Below, one piece after another: positions 1-8,885 of a DNA stretch of 38,460 nt. Below the pieces are notes generated by a model, which saw only the letters and a list, made by a program, of their open reading frames with translations, did not search any database and was not told where the DNA came from. The stretch covers positions 1-38,460 of IMG/VR virus record IMGVR_UViG_3300032203_000003; one strand, given 5' to 3'. Source of the stretch: a virus (lineage: Duplodnaviria; Caudoviricetes). The number at the start of each line of letters is the position of its first letter. Position 1 is the first letter of the stretch. A program made the translations under genes and the position numbers.

Positions 1-54
1 CCCTTTCCCAGACTGAAGTTAATAGCAAAAATATAAAGTATGCTGAAAGGCTCC
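1..54 (+). repeat. Exact copy of integrase bases 36285-36338 (alternative junction sequence)
   Basis: CCCTTTCCCAGACTG...GAAAGGCTCC is identical at 1-54 and 36285-36338; its last 7 nt (AGGCTCC) are also the first 7 nt of the 55-bp terminal overlap. Confidence 0.97.
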
Positions 55-102
55 ACGTTTAATGAATATTGGCCGCTATCATTCGTCACAGATTGAGATT
101 TT
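48..102 (+). repeat. 55-bp overlap with the window end (38406-38460); indicates a circular molecule of 38,358 bp
   Basis: AGGCTCCACGTTT...GATTGAGATTTT is identical at both places, and the fibre ORF reads in frame across the join. Confidence 0.95.
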
Positions 103-209
103 GCCAGATTCAGCACCGTTGACGATGTTTTCATTGATCGCATCGTAATTGTTACGCCTGTTCTGGCATCGCCATAAGGTCCTTTTAATACACCGCTAAT
201 TAAAACCAT
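48..209 (-). CDS. 5' part of the Stf-like side tail fibre gene, continuing at 38405 across the circular join
   Basis: ATG at 209 with GGAG upstream; MVLISGVLKGPYGDARTGVTITMRSMKTSSTVLNLAKSQSVTNDSGQYSLNVEP resembles the lambda Stf (prophage tail fibre) N-terminal domain and is in frame with ORF 37467..38447. Confidence 0.88.
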
Positions 210-229
210 TTTATTCTCCATTAAAATAA

Positions 230-826
230 CTAAGCAGGAAGTGAAGGCCAGTCAATATCAGGCGCGTTTGATGTTTCTACCCGACTCAGATAAACGCTGT
301 AGGCTTCCCATTGATTAAGTCTTTCCTTTTCCTCCTTCGTGGCAATGCCAAGTTTTACAGCCCTGGATAGCATGGCTATTTTAGATTCCGCATTAATCGA
401 CAGTTCTTCTTTATTTTCCTTTGCTGTATTAATGGCATTTTCTTTCACAAGAGAATCGTTAGTCACCCAATCATTACCGTCCCATTCATCAAATTTAGTT
501 GCCGGTTTTTTCAAGGTGTAGATATCGTCAAGATCACCGATGGTTTCAATAACAACTTCACTTCCTGATTCCTTTACGTAAGCACTCTTACCGCGAAAGT
601 CTGCCACATACCCCCAGCCATTCAACAAGCGAACAATCGCACATCCCTCTTTTTCTTTAGGGGGTTCATCAATATATGAGTTGGCAGGTAAGCCGCAATG
701 AATTTGAACATTAACCTTCAACTGTCCGATTAGCTCTCTGGTGTCAGGTGAACAAACATAAGCGGATATCACGCCTGAATCCAAAGCAAAACCATTCTCA
801 TCAAATCCAATCATTATTAACCTCAC
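230..826 (-). CDS. tfa: Tail fibre assembly chaperone (Tfa / Caudo_TAP); start GTG 826 or ATG 814
   Basis: GLPANSYIDEPP, KKPATKFDEWDGNDWVT and C-terminal W..Y...L.RV.....PDIDWP.LP motifs; follows a fibre gene. Confidence 0.9.
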   Translation of the reverse strand: MRLIMIGFDENGFALDSGVISAYVCSPDTRELIGQLKVNVQIHCGLPANSYIDEPPKEKEGCAIVRLLNGWGYVADFRGKSAYVKESGSEVVIETIGDLDDIYTLKKPATKFDEWDGNDWVTNDSLVKENAINTAKENKEELSINAESKIAMLSRAVKLGIATKEEKERLNQWEAYSVYLSRVETSNAPDIDWPSLPA

Positions 827-1737
827 GAAGCTCGAACAATAAAGTTTACAGCAATACTTTTTGGTGCCGTTTCATCTGCAGGCTCGTTATTGTATGTGGA
901 TTGCATATAAAACCAATCGCTATTAAATGAATCTTGCCAATTGCAAAAACTGGCGGAAGCAAAACGGTTACCTACTATGGGAAAGATTTGTTTATCATCA
1001 ATAAAGTTAGTCCCTGCCCCCACGTCGCGGATAAATGCAGCACTCGGCATGTGCTTGTGGCGTTTGAGTTTGTCGTTGATATATTGCAATAGCGCTTGGT
1101 TGGGATTTAATCCACGCCCCCGGTCATGCCCGCGCGGGAAAACGCCCCTAAAATCAGGAAGCACGCCATTGGTAAATATCTTCGCCAATTTTGGATAAAC
1201 ACTTTTATCAAATGCGCTGCCATCACAAATCTTAAATCCGTCAGGCGGCGTTGCCAGCGGCCACATGCTGATAATACCCAAAGGGATATCTATCAAATCA
1301 ACCTTACCAACCAACTTATCGTTTACGTTAGTCAAGCGCTCACTCAGCGCATTCCACGCAGGCCCTGTATATATGCTGTTGTCGGGAAGTGTTATCGTTA
1401 CATCACCGGTGCCGCTGAATACCTGCTGCCAGTTCCGCCTATCCAGCAGCATCCCCCGCAATGCCTCGGCGGTATAGGCATGCGTCTGCGCAGTGATTGA
1501 TACCATCGCTCCATAGGGGATCGGCGTCCACGCCAGACCGCTGGCAGATGGACCGTCAAAGTTACGCACCAGAGTAAGAGCAGTGCTTGATTCAACCGAC
1601 TTAACTCCGAGCGTGTATACTGTCTGGCCCACTGTCACTACAATGAAGTCGTTGGCCTTGAGTTCTGTGCTGAACGCGGTACCGGTGCCGGTAACCGCCG
1701 CCGAGTTGTTTTTTAAGGTAATAGTGCCTGCTGGCAT
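823..1737 (-). CDS. Tail fibre protein with tail collar domain
   Basis: N-terminus MPAGTITLKNNSAAVTGTGTAF; collar motif IPLGIISMWPLATPPDGFKICDG...LPDFRGVFPRGHDRGRG; C-terminal ETAPKSIAVNFIVRA. Confidence 0.9.
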   Translation of the reverse strand: MPAGTITLKNNSAAVTGTGTAFSTELKANDFIVVTVGQTVYTLGVKSVESSTALTLVRNFDGPSASGLAWTPIPYGAMVSITAQTHAYTAEALRGMLLDRRNWQQVFSGTGDVTITLPDNSIYTGPAWNALSERLTNVNDKLVGKVDLIDIPLGIISMWPLATPPDGFKICDGSAFDKSVYPKLAKIFTNGVLPDFRGVFPRGHDRGRGLNPNQALLQYINDKLKRHKHMPSAAFIRDVGAGTNFIDDKQIFPIVGNRFASASFCNWQDSFNSDWFYMQSTYNNEPADETAPKSIAVNFIVRAS

Positions 1738-1761
1738 GGTGTTCTCCTGAATTTTGGCAAC

Positions 1762-1786
1762 AAAAAACCCGGCTCGGTGGCCGGGT
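1762..1786 (-). terminator. Rho-independent terminator of the cor moron
   Basis: Minus strand ACCCGGC-CACCGA-GCCGGGT followed by a T run. Confidence 0.85.
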
Positions 1787-1806
1787 CATTTGGCATTGAT
1801 GGACTG

Positions 1807-2043
1807 CTATTTATCGCAGGTTGTGCTGATGAAGTTGTTTTTGCCAACCCAGCGCCAACCGAACGGGTCACCAGCTCTATATTGTATTTGTTCAACCTGC
1901 TTGCGAACGCCATAGATAGGAACTGATGTCTCTTGTCCCGCAATAAGCGCAGTCCCGTAACAAATAGGCTCTTGCTTTTCCAATACCCCCGCGCAACCCG
2001 TAATTGCTATTGACACTAATAATACAGCCGCTAACTTTTTCAT
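1807..2043 (-). CDS. cor: Cor superinfection-exclusion lipoprotein
   Basis: 78 aa, lipobox ITGC, PICYGTALIAGQETSVPIYGVRK...QYRAG.PF.WRWV as in phi80/N15/HK022 Cor; typical position after J and two tip genes. Confidence 0.9.
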   Translation of the reverse strand: MKKLAAVLLVSIAITGCAGVLEKQEPICYGTALIAGQETSVPIYGVRKQVEQIQYRAGDPFGWRWVGKNNFISTTCDK

Positions 2044-2075
2044 CCCTTTATTATCTCCCTTGCTGTGTTTTTCGC

Positions 2076-2150
2076 ATCATAGCATCCTAACTCGATGTTA
2101 ACAATCGTTTGCTCCGATCAATTTCACTGCTGTTGATTGGCGTTTGCATT
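2076..2150 (-). promoter_or_regulatory. cor promoter with upstream LysR/OxyR-like half-sites
   Basis: -35 TTGTTA (2104-2099), 17-nt spacer, extended -10 TGcTATGAT (2084-2076); ATCG-N7-CGAT (2104-2118) and ATTG-N7-CATT (2136-2150). Confidence 0.6.
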
Positions 2151-2160
2151 CATTAATGCG

Positions 2161-2826
2161 CTAAAACCCAGAAACATCTATAACGTATACTGAATCTCGG
2201 GTATTGGTATAAGTTATGTTTGTCGCTGCGCCCCCTGGCGTATCCCAGGCACCACTGTATATTTGAGTGTTTGCGCCGTCAAAAGAGGCAAAACTAGTAA
2301 TTGGCTGCTGAAATGGCCGTCCGCCACCACCAGTTTGAATTACCGCAGTTACATAACCGGTTGTGGCTGGAATCACCACCCAACGGCCAGCAAGAGTTGT
2401 TCTTACATTGTATCCTGATTCATCGCTCCCTGGAGTACCAAGTCTAACCGGTGCTGGCATAACCTTTGTTTCATTTGTCTGAATGCACTGTCCGCTGGCG
2501 TTAAAAATATTAATTCCGAATGGTACTGTCGGCTGTAATTGCGTTGAGAAAATATAAACTGTCAGATCGTAAGGTCCATTCCCTGTGATCATTTTTGATT
2601 GTATAGCAGTCGCTCCATCGTTGGAGCTTCTAGTAATAGACCCTATGACCTTATTATTATTTGAATGAATTCCTACAATCACGGGCTTATCATAGTTTAG
2701 CTGAATTATATCAACACCAGCACCTGACCGATTAAATACCCGTTTTTCAACAAGACTCATCGGCGTACTATCTGGTGTAGCCCATGGCACACCGTCACTA
2801 TCTACAAACATTGCCCCCCATGACAT
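2161..2826 (-). CDS. Tail tip accessory protein (N15 gp23-like by position)
   Basis: ATG 2826 after AAGGAG; MSWGAMF...FGINIFNASG pattern; lies between the J-adjacent gene and cor. Confidence 0.65.
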   Translation of the reverse strand: MSWGAMFVDSDGVPWATPDSTPMSLVEKRVFNRSGAGVDIIQLNYDKPVIVGIHSNNNKVIGSITRSSNDGATAIQSKMITGNGPYDLTVYIFSTQLQPTVPFGINIFNASGQCIQTNETKVMPAPVRLGTPGSDESGYNVRTTLAGRWVVIPATTGYVTAVIQTGGGGRPFQQPITSFASFDGANTQIYSGAWDTPGGAATNITYTNTRDSVYVIDVSGF

Positions 2827-2828
2827 AT

Positions 2829-3140
2829 TCACTCCTTTAATAAGTAGACTATTACCCATCCAGCATAAGCCGGTGCCGTTCCATTGAACCATTGCCCAGA
2901 TGCATCGAACATCTCGAGTGTATTATTATTTAGCACTCGCAGCCCCCTTCTTTCTTGAGTAAACCCAATACCATCTTGTAAGGTCATAAAGTCTATTTTA
3001 TATCCAGATGGAACAGAAAACCCCCAAACGCCTGACTTCTGGTTAAAATCAACCTTAATAGTTCCTATAGTAAAAACCTTAACTATGCCTGTGTTATTTG
3101 GGACGCCATTCGCGTCCCAAGTTTGAAACCCCCAAGCCAT
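2829..3140 (-). CDS. Small tail tip protein (N15 gp22-like)
   Basis: MAWGFQTWDANG N-terminus; immediately downstream of J. Confidence 0.7.
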   Translation of the reverse strand: MAWGFQTWDANGVPNNTGIVKVFTIGTIKVDFNQKSGVWGFSVPSGYKIDFMTLQDGIGFTQERRGLRVLNNNTLEMFDASGQWFNGTAPAYAGWVIVYLLKE

Positions 3141-3154
3141 AATATCACCTTAAA

Positions 3155-6100
3155 CTAATACTCGCCCATCGCGGCACGTAACACTCCATTTCCGTCATAA
3201 ACTCTAATGGAATTATTTTGTATCGTCATTCTCCCCCCGCTACCACTGCCGTTAATTTCAAAAACGCCAGCTTTATTAAGTTGCCATCCCATTCTGCCCG
3301 CAACATAGTCATTCGACTGGATGTAATCACCAATCATCGCGTTTTGTATCCAGCCCTTGCCGATAAACGCCTGGCTGATAAGTACCTGCCCGTCTTTGAT
3401 AACAAACGGCGAGTAATAGCTGCCGTTGCTGCCACTGATCACTACAAACTGGTTAGCGTTAACGGCTACGCGTGTGTCAACCTGCGTCCCGTTGACCGTC
3501 ACAGCAACCGCCAGACCGGCATCGTAGTTCGTTCCGTTGTACTTGATGCCTGCCTTCAACGTCCAAATCGCCGAACCACCGGAGGCGTCGGTATAGGCCG
3601 TCATTTTTTCCTGTATCGCGGCTTCCTGCTCGTTAAATTTGGACGTAACGTCAGTTTCCAACTGTGCAACCGAGCTTTGAGCGTCTGCGGCCACTTTCTG
3701 CGCCTGGATGATCCCGGCCCGGTTTTCACCATAGTTCGCCCACTGCTGGTTAGCGGTACCGTATTCCGCCAGCACGTTCTGCAAAATGGCTTCCGGGCTG
3801 GTTTTCAGCGGATCCAGCAGCGCCTTGCCGTCCTCTGAGTTCAGGTAATCATCTACCACAGAGCCGATCAGTTCGTCGGCATCAACGTTGGACATGCCCG
3901 CGACAAATGGCGTCCAGTCGCCTTTATTACCGATGCGGTCCACCAGCCGGGCACGGTACCAACGGCGCACGCCTGCCGGCATTGGGCCATGCTGATAGCT
4001 CACCCCTGGGTAGGGAACGTTAGCCAGCAACAGTGGGTTCTGTCCGTCCGCGGTGGTTGCCTGCTCTATCTCGGTGTAGGCCGTATCGCCGGAACCAGAG
4101 GGGAATCCCCAGGTAACATCAATCGCCCATACAACATTATCACTGGCCATAAGATTAACCGGCGTGCCGGGTTTACCCACTTTACCACTGAGTGTGGTCG
4201 AGTCGGCATACCCCCAGGGAGAAGATACATTGACCGCATTCATGGCGCGTATACGCACGTCGTACACCCCGGAGTAAATCCCCTGAACAGTGAAACCCTG
4301 CGCACTGGTGCGGCCTATGTTCACCCAGTCGCCCTTATCCTTGCGCCACTGGGCCAGGTAATCGATAGCGCCCTCCACACGCTCCCAGGTCACCTGCATT
4401 GAGGCCACCGTCAGCCCTTGCGCCTGGTGATCAACTTCGGCGATAACGATATTCTTCGGCACCGGCATAACGTTAGGCGGCGTGACCGAGATCGGCGGCG
4501 GGTCAATACGCACGCCGTCATCGATATAGCGGTACTTGTTGGGGTCATGCTGAACACCGGCGATCGTGAATGTGCCGTCGTCATTTGCTGAGATCGACGT
4601 CACGCGGAAATACTGGATCGCCAGTTTGTCACTGTCGATACACCACACCGCGCCCGCCACAGGCGTTTGCCGGTACGCCGTTGCGACGGTCACCGTCTTT
4701 TTGTCGGCGCTGATCGCACTGATTGTGCGACTTTGGGCGGTACCATCGGGAAGGTTTACCACCAGGCGATCGCTAATGGCATAGTCAGCCGGACGGTCAA
4801 CGGTAATTTTCAGCCCAGCAACCCGGCTGATACGGCCACCATTCTCTTTTCCTGCACGGAAGGGGTCGGCAACACCAATGATTTCTGCCGGCAGCGGGAT
4901 ATAACCATCCAGCCCAACACCAAATGAAATCGAGCCGTCTTTGGCATTGGACAAAATCGCCCAGCGCCCTCTGCGGTGCGCCTCACTTTGCGAAGTACAA
5001 CCGATCGCTGTCAGCTGCATCTGATTCGCGTTGTAACGTTCCACAAGTTCTGAATCGTATACAGACTCAATCGTATCCGAATAATGATTGATGGGGTCAG
5101 AGTAAGAAACATTGCAGGAGGTAAACCGGTTTTTATACGAGCCGCCAGCATAGGTGAAATCACCGTTAACGACGTTTGAAACGTGGTAGACATAATCAAC
5201 ATCATTTTGCGGCACATCGGCATTCACATAAATCTGGTCATTCCCCCAGAATGTGATGCCGCGAAATACCGCCGCGAGGTCACGCAATACGGTATATGCG
5301 TCCTGCTGATTTTGGATAAAAACATTACAGACAAAGCGCGGTTCTTTCCCGCCGGCACCGTTAGACACCATTTCATCGCAGTATGCAGCGATGCTGTATA
5401 GCTGCCATTTGTCGATCATGCTGGCATCGACGCGCCCACCCATGCCGTAAATTTCATCCAACACCAGATCGTAAAAAATCCAGGCAGGATTGTTGCTGTA
5501 AGCCAGCTTGAAATCGCCGAGCCACGCCCCGCTATATGTCCTTGTGCTCGGGTTATAATTGTCCGGCACGCGGATTAATTTGCCCCTTGGCCTGCAAGTT
5601 GTCTTCGGCACGCTGCCGTTAAACTGGCTGGAATCGAGTTCGACATACAACAATGCGGTGTTGGGATAACGCAGCTTGCTGTCGATGACCTCCGCAAAGG
5701 AAGCTATCTTGAACGCGTTGATGAGTTTTGTCGATGTTGAATCAGGCGTAATGCGGCGGACGCGAATAGCCCAACCCGTCGTCGATCTTGGCAAATCGAT
5801 ACGGTGATCGCGTTGATACTCTGACGTGGTTTTACCATCAAATTTACCATTAACAACGTTCTGATATGCGCCGCCATCCGTTGATAAGTCGATCGCGTAT
5901 TCAGTGACAGTGCCGACCATATCCCCATTATCTTTGTACTGATACTGGATGGGCAGACTGAGTTTAATACGTACAGCATCCAGGGTGAGGTTTGAGAAAT
6001 TCCTCACCCAGGGGGCGCTTGCCTTAACCTCAATGCCTACCGTCGATTCATTGTCTATTTCCGGCAAGCCCTGGATATACGCTTGATCTTGAGTGCCTTT

Positions 6101-6340
6101 GCGGAACTCCCATTTAACGCCGGTAAAGTTATAGTTTCCTGCATCGTCGGCAAGTGGCGTATTGTTTAGATAGATCTGCTGTGCTGTGAGGTCACCTTGA
6201 ATTTCTCCCTCAGATAGGGCTATAACCATTTTCAGCTTGGCAACCGACAGCAGGTCATCGGGTTGTTCTACCGGAGTATGTGGGCTTCCACCGCCACCTT
6301 TACGGCCGCTGATAACCGTTTGCCTTTCAAGTAGTCTCAT
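3155..6340 (-). CDS. J: Central tail tip / host specificity protein J
   Basis: 1061 aa; SEGEIQG, KLRYPNTAL, YSNNPAW, GCTSQSEAHRRGRW, Fn3-like repeats and a DUF1983-like C-terminus. Confidence 0.96.
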   Translation of the reverse strand: MRLLERQTVISGRKGGGGSPHTPVEQPDDLLSVAKLKMVIALSEGEIQGDLTAQQIYLNNTPLADDAGNYNFTGVKWEFRKGTQDQAYIQGLPEIDNESTVGIEVKASAPWVRNFSNLTLDAVRIKLSLPIQYQYKDNGDMVGTVTEYAIDLSTDGGAYQNVVNGKFDGKTTSEYQRDHRIDLPRSTTGWAIRVRRITPDSTSTKLINAFKIASFAEVIDSKLRYPNTALLYVELDSSQFNGSVPKTTCRPRGKLIRVPDNYNPSTRTYSGAWLGDFKLAYSNNPAWIFYDLVLDEIYGMGGRVDASMIDKWQLYSIAAYCDEMVSNGAGGKEPRFVCNVFIQNQQDAYTVLRDLAAVFRGITFWGNDQIYVNADVPQNDVDYVYHVSNVVNGDFTYAGGSYKNRFTSCNVSYSDPINHYSDTIESVYDSELVERYNANQMQLTAIGCTSQSEAHRRGRWAILSNAKDGSISFGVGLDGYIPLPAEIIGVADPFRAGKENGGRISRVAGLKITVDRPADYAISDRLVVNLPDGTAQSRTISAISADKKTVTVATAYRQTPVAGAVWCIDSDKLAIQYFRVTSISANDDGTFTIAGVQHDPNKYRYIDDGVRIDPPPISVTPPNVMPVPKNIVIAEVDHQAQGLTVASMQVTWERVEGAIDYLAQWRKDKGDWVNIGRTSAQGFTVQGIYSGVYDVRIRAMNAVNVSSPWGYADSTTLSGKVGKPGTPVNLMASDNVVWAIDVTWGFPSGSGDTAYTEIEQATTADGQNPLLLANVPYPGVSYQHGPMPAGVRRWYRARLVDRIGNKGDWTPFVAGMSNVDADELIGSVVDDYLNSEDGKALLDPLKTSPEAILQNVLAEYGTANQQWANYGENRAGIIQAQKVAADAQSSVAQLETDVTSKFNEQEAAIQEKMTAYTDASGGSAIWTLKAGIKYNGTNYDAGLAVAVTVNGTQVDTRVAVNANQFVVISGSNGSYYSPFVIKDGQVLISQAFIGKGWIQNAMIGDYIQSNDYVAGRMGWQLNKAGVFEINGSGSGGRMTIQNNSIRVYDGNGVLRAAMGEY

Positions 6341-6395
6341 TTTTCACCCATAAAAAAGCTGCCAAGAGGCAGCCATAAACCATTTCGATCCGTGG

Positions 6396-7013
6396 TTACT
6401 GTTGATCGCTTGAGAAAATTCCGGCACTGACAATGGCGCCGCCGATCTCCCGTTCGCCATAAAGCAGTGGTACCGGGTAACCCATTGCAACGGTATTCAC
6501 CGGCGCACCAAAAGCATAGTTAGGCTTATTGTCCGTACTGGAGGATGCGCCTATATTCATGCTTGGCTGCGGCGTCAGAAGTTGTACAACGCCCCCAAGC
6601 ATCATGCTGATACCGATCCCCGTTAATACCGATGTCGCTGAAATTGTTGCTGCTGACATTGCGGCCCCCCACGCAGCCAACGATGCGCCTGCAGTGAAGA
6701 ACGCAGCGACCAGGGCAACAGCGCCGATGACGACTTGCAGCATCCCACCACGCTTAGCGCCTTCGATTATGGGCATGATCACGAATTCACCCGCACCTTT
6801 TGCCATATCAAATTCTTCAAGGCCGATATTTTCCCGACCGCTGAAAAAGGCGAACCGAATACCATCGAGGTGCGCTGTTGACATGTATTTTTTAAACCCT
6901 GGAATAGTGGCGCACATGGCCCGCAACGCCTCTCGCAAATCCGTAACAGCATATTCATGGTGGCGGCCGAATTTCTTGCCCATCGCCCCTCTGAGCGTGA
7001 TTTTTTTACGCAT
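6396..7013 (-). CDS. I: Tail assembly protein I
   Basis: ATG 7013 overlapping the end of K; GAKRGG...GGVVQLLTPQP...GYPVPLLYGEREIGGAIVSAG. Confidence 0.93.
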   Translation of the reverse strand: MRKKITLRGAMGKKFGRHHEYAVTDLREALRAMCATIPGFKKYMSTAHLDGIRFAFFSGRENIGLEEFDMAKGAGEFVIMPIIEGAKRGGMLQVVIGAVALVAAFFTAGASLAAWGAAMSAATISATSVLTGIGISMMLGGVVQLLTPQPSMNIGASSSTDNKPNYAFGAPVNTVAMGYPVPLLYGEREIGGAIVSAGIFSSDQQ

Positions 7014-7731
7014 GGAAGAGATCCTTATGTCGAACAATCCGAACGGTGCGATCACGATAATATTTACCGTAAGGCACCCTCGCCGACAGGTTGCCGAAAT
7101 TGTGGTGCAGGATGGCATTATCTCCGAGATAAATAGCGGCATGATTGGTCACCGGGGCGCTGATCTGCATCATGACCATATCCCCGGGGCGAATGGCGTC
7201 GCGGGAGACTTCAACAAACCCTTCGGTCTGCCAGTTGTCGTCATAGATTTTTTCTTTGCCGTCGATCCACCATTCGCGCGGCACAGAGTAATTTTTCAAG
7301 GTGATGCCGTGATGCTGGCGGAAATAATCCATGATGAGCGTCCAGCAGTCGGCATAACCCAACACCCAACGACGGCCGACAAGCTCGCGCTCACCTCTCG
7401 GTGATACCGCGCAAAAATCACCGTCTGGCCAGGACATTATCCCCCACTCAATACCCGAATGATCGCACTGTATCCTGTCAAATTCTGACGGGATCAGCTG
7501 TACGACATCCGGGTGAGAATGCACAATCATTATGATTTCGCCCTGCTCTTCAGCTACAGCATAATCAGCAGGCGAAAGCGTAAAGTTCTCGGTAGGTTTT
7601 TCTGAGATATTGCGGCATGGGATATAACGCTGGTTTCGCCCGGTATCAATGATGACTCCGCAAGCCTCGTTGGGATACTCCGCCTCAACATGCTGCCGTA
7701 TGGCATCCATCAATTTTTTTCGCATAATCAT
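7006..7731 (-). CDS. K: Tail assembly protein K (JAB + NlpC/P60)
   Basis: EACG, VHSHPD, DCWTLI and NHAAIYLG motifs. Confidence 0.95.
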   Translation of the reverse strand: MIMRKKLMDAIRQHVEAEYPNEACGVIIDTGRNQRYIPCRNISEKPTENFTLSPADYAVAEEQGEIIMIVHSHPDVVQLIPSEFDRIQCDHSGIEWGIMSWPDGDFCAVSPRGERELVGRRWVLGYADCWTLIMDYFRQHHGITLKNYSVPREWWIDGKEKIYDDNWQTEGFVEVSRDAIRPGDMVMMQISAPVTNHAAIYLGDNAILHHNFGNLSARVPYGKYYRDRTVRIVRHKDLFHA

Positions 7732-8465
7732 TTCCCTTGCAAATTTGCTGCGGGGAACCCCCCGTAGGGCAATGGGTTTTCTTTGCCATGCCTGTCTTCA
7801 CAGTCCCGCATGCGACCCCCGCAAACATCCTTTGAAGGATCATCCGTCGGTGTACCGTCTTTCAGGAAATACCGCGTGCCGTTGTAATCGCACCCCGTAC
7901 CTGTGCGGTACCAACCACGCATACACCAGGTACAAACCGGGGTGATCTGCCGCGTTGGCAATTGCAAATTCTGAATATCGAAAGGGGTACACAGTTCAAA
8001 ATCAACCTGACCACGCGTCTCTGCTTTTTTGGCGTTAATGTAGTAAAGCTGCACCCGTTCTTCAGTCGGCATGGCGCCTGGGTTGCCTGCTTTCCAGTTG
8101 GCGGCATCGAGATACTTCGCCATCGTGGTACGGATACGCACCTTTGCTTGCACCATATCGTCGTAGGCCAGGCATAGCGATGTAACGTAGTTGCCGACGT
8201 TGCCGATCGACAGCGTAGGCGTCGGCTGTGAGCCGGTACTCGTCAACTCGGAGCCTTTGAACTCATAAGGGTGTGGGTCGTATTCATTCCCCTGCCAGAT
8301 GATCGACGGCATATTCTCTTTAGCGAACGATGCCCAGCCGTCAACCGGTATATTGTGCGCATGGAAGCGCAGCACCCGGTCCATACCAAAAGCAGTGCCA
8401 TCGACTTCGATTAACTGGATTAACTCGCCGGGCTCCAAAGACTGCAAGTCTTGCGTTAAGCTCAT
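7728..8465 (-). CDS. L: Minor tail protein L
   Basis: IIWQGNEY; Cys motif CTW...YR...CDYNG...DVCGG...C...PYGGFP. Confidence 0.95.
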   Translation of the reverse strand: MSLTQDLQSLEPGELIQLIEVDGTAFGMDRVLRFHAHNIPVDGWASFAKENMPSIIWQGNEYDPHPYEFKGSELTSTGSQPTPTLSIGNVGNYVTSLCLAYDDMVQAKVRIRTTMAKYLDAANWKAGNPGAMPTEERVQLYYINAKKAETRGQVDFELCTPFDIQNLQLPTRQITPVCTWCMRGWYRTGTGCDYNGTRYFLKDGTPTDDPSKDVCGGRMRDCEDRHGKENPLPYGGFPAANLQGK

Positions 8466-8476
8466 ATTCCCCCCAC

Positions 8477-8500
8477 AAAAAAACCACCTTTCGGTGGTTT
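8477..8500 (-). terminator. Rho-independent terminator between M and L
   Basis: Minus strand AAACCACC-GAAA-GGTGGTTT-TTTT. Confidence 0.8.
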
Positions 8501-8531
8501 CTCTATTTTTGGTGATGCAGTTACAGCACTA

Positions 8532-8873
8532 TTAAGGTGCAAAAGCCTGTTCAAACGCAAATGTAATATCAACGAACATGCCATTAATAAACTTGGGTTT
8601 TATAGAATCAGACTTCACTCGGTAAAGTTTTTTCTCACCCCACGGATTCGTCCACCAAAAAGACTGAATAGTATGGGATTTTAAAAAATCTCTCACAACT
8701 GAAATATTGATACTTTCACCATTACAGGATAATGACCATGTTTCCACCGCCGCATTTAGCCCTGAACTGGCCACTTGCTTATAACCATCACCAAACTGAA
8801 CCTGGATTATTGAAATATTAATATCTTCACTGGCTTGAAGCCTCACAGGCCAATTAAACGTATCAATAGTCAT
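8532..8873 (-). CDS. M: Minor tail protein M (distal tail)
   Basis: TFNW, QFGDGYKQ, GLN, SFWWTNPWG, FEQAF. Confidence 0.93.
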   Translation of the reverse strand: MTIDTFNWPVRLQASEDINISIIQVQFGDGYKQVASSGLNAAVETWSLSCNGESINISVVRDFLKSHTIQSFWWTNPWGEKKLYRVKSDSIKPKFINGMFVDITFAFEQAFAP

Positions 8874-8885
8874 GCGTCACCATTA

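Noticed and set aside
230-1737. Invertible tail-fibre cassette or diversity-generating retroelement
   Set aside because: No serine invertase, reverse transcriptase, inverted crossover sites or template/variable repeat pair seen; both fibres share one orientation
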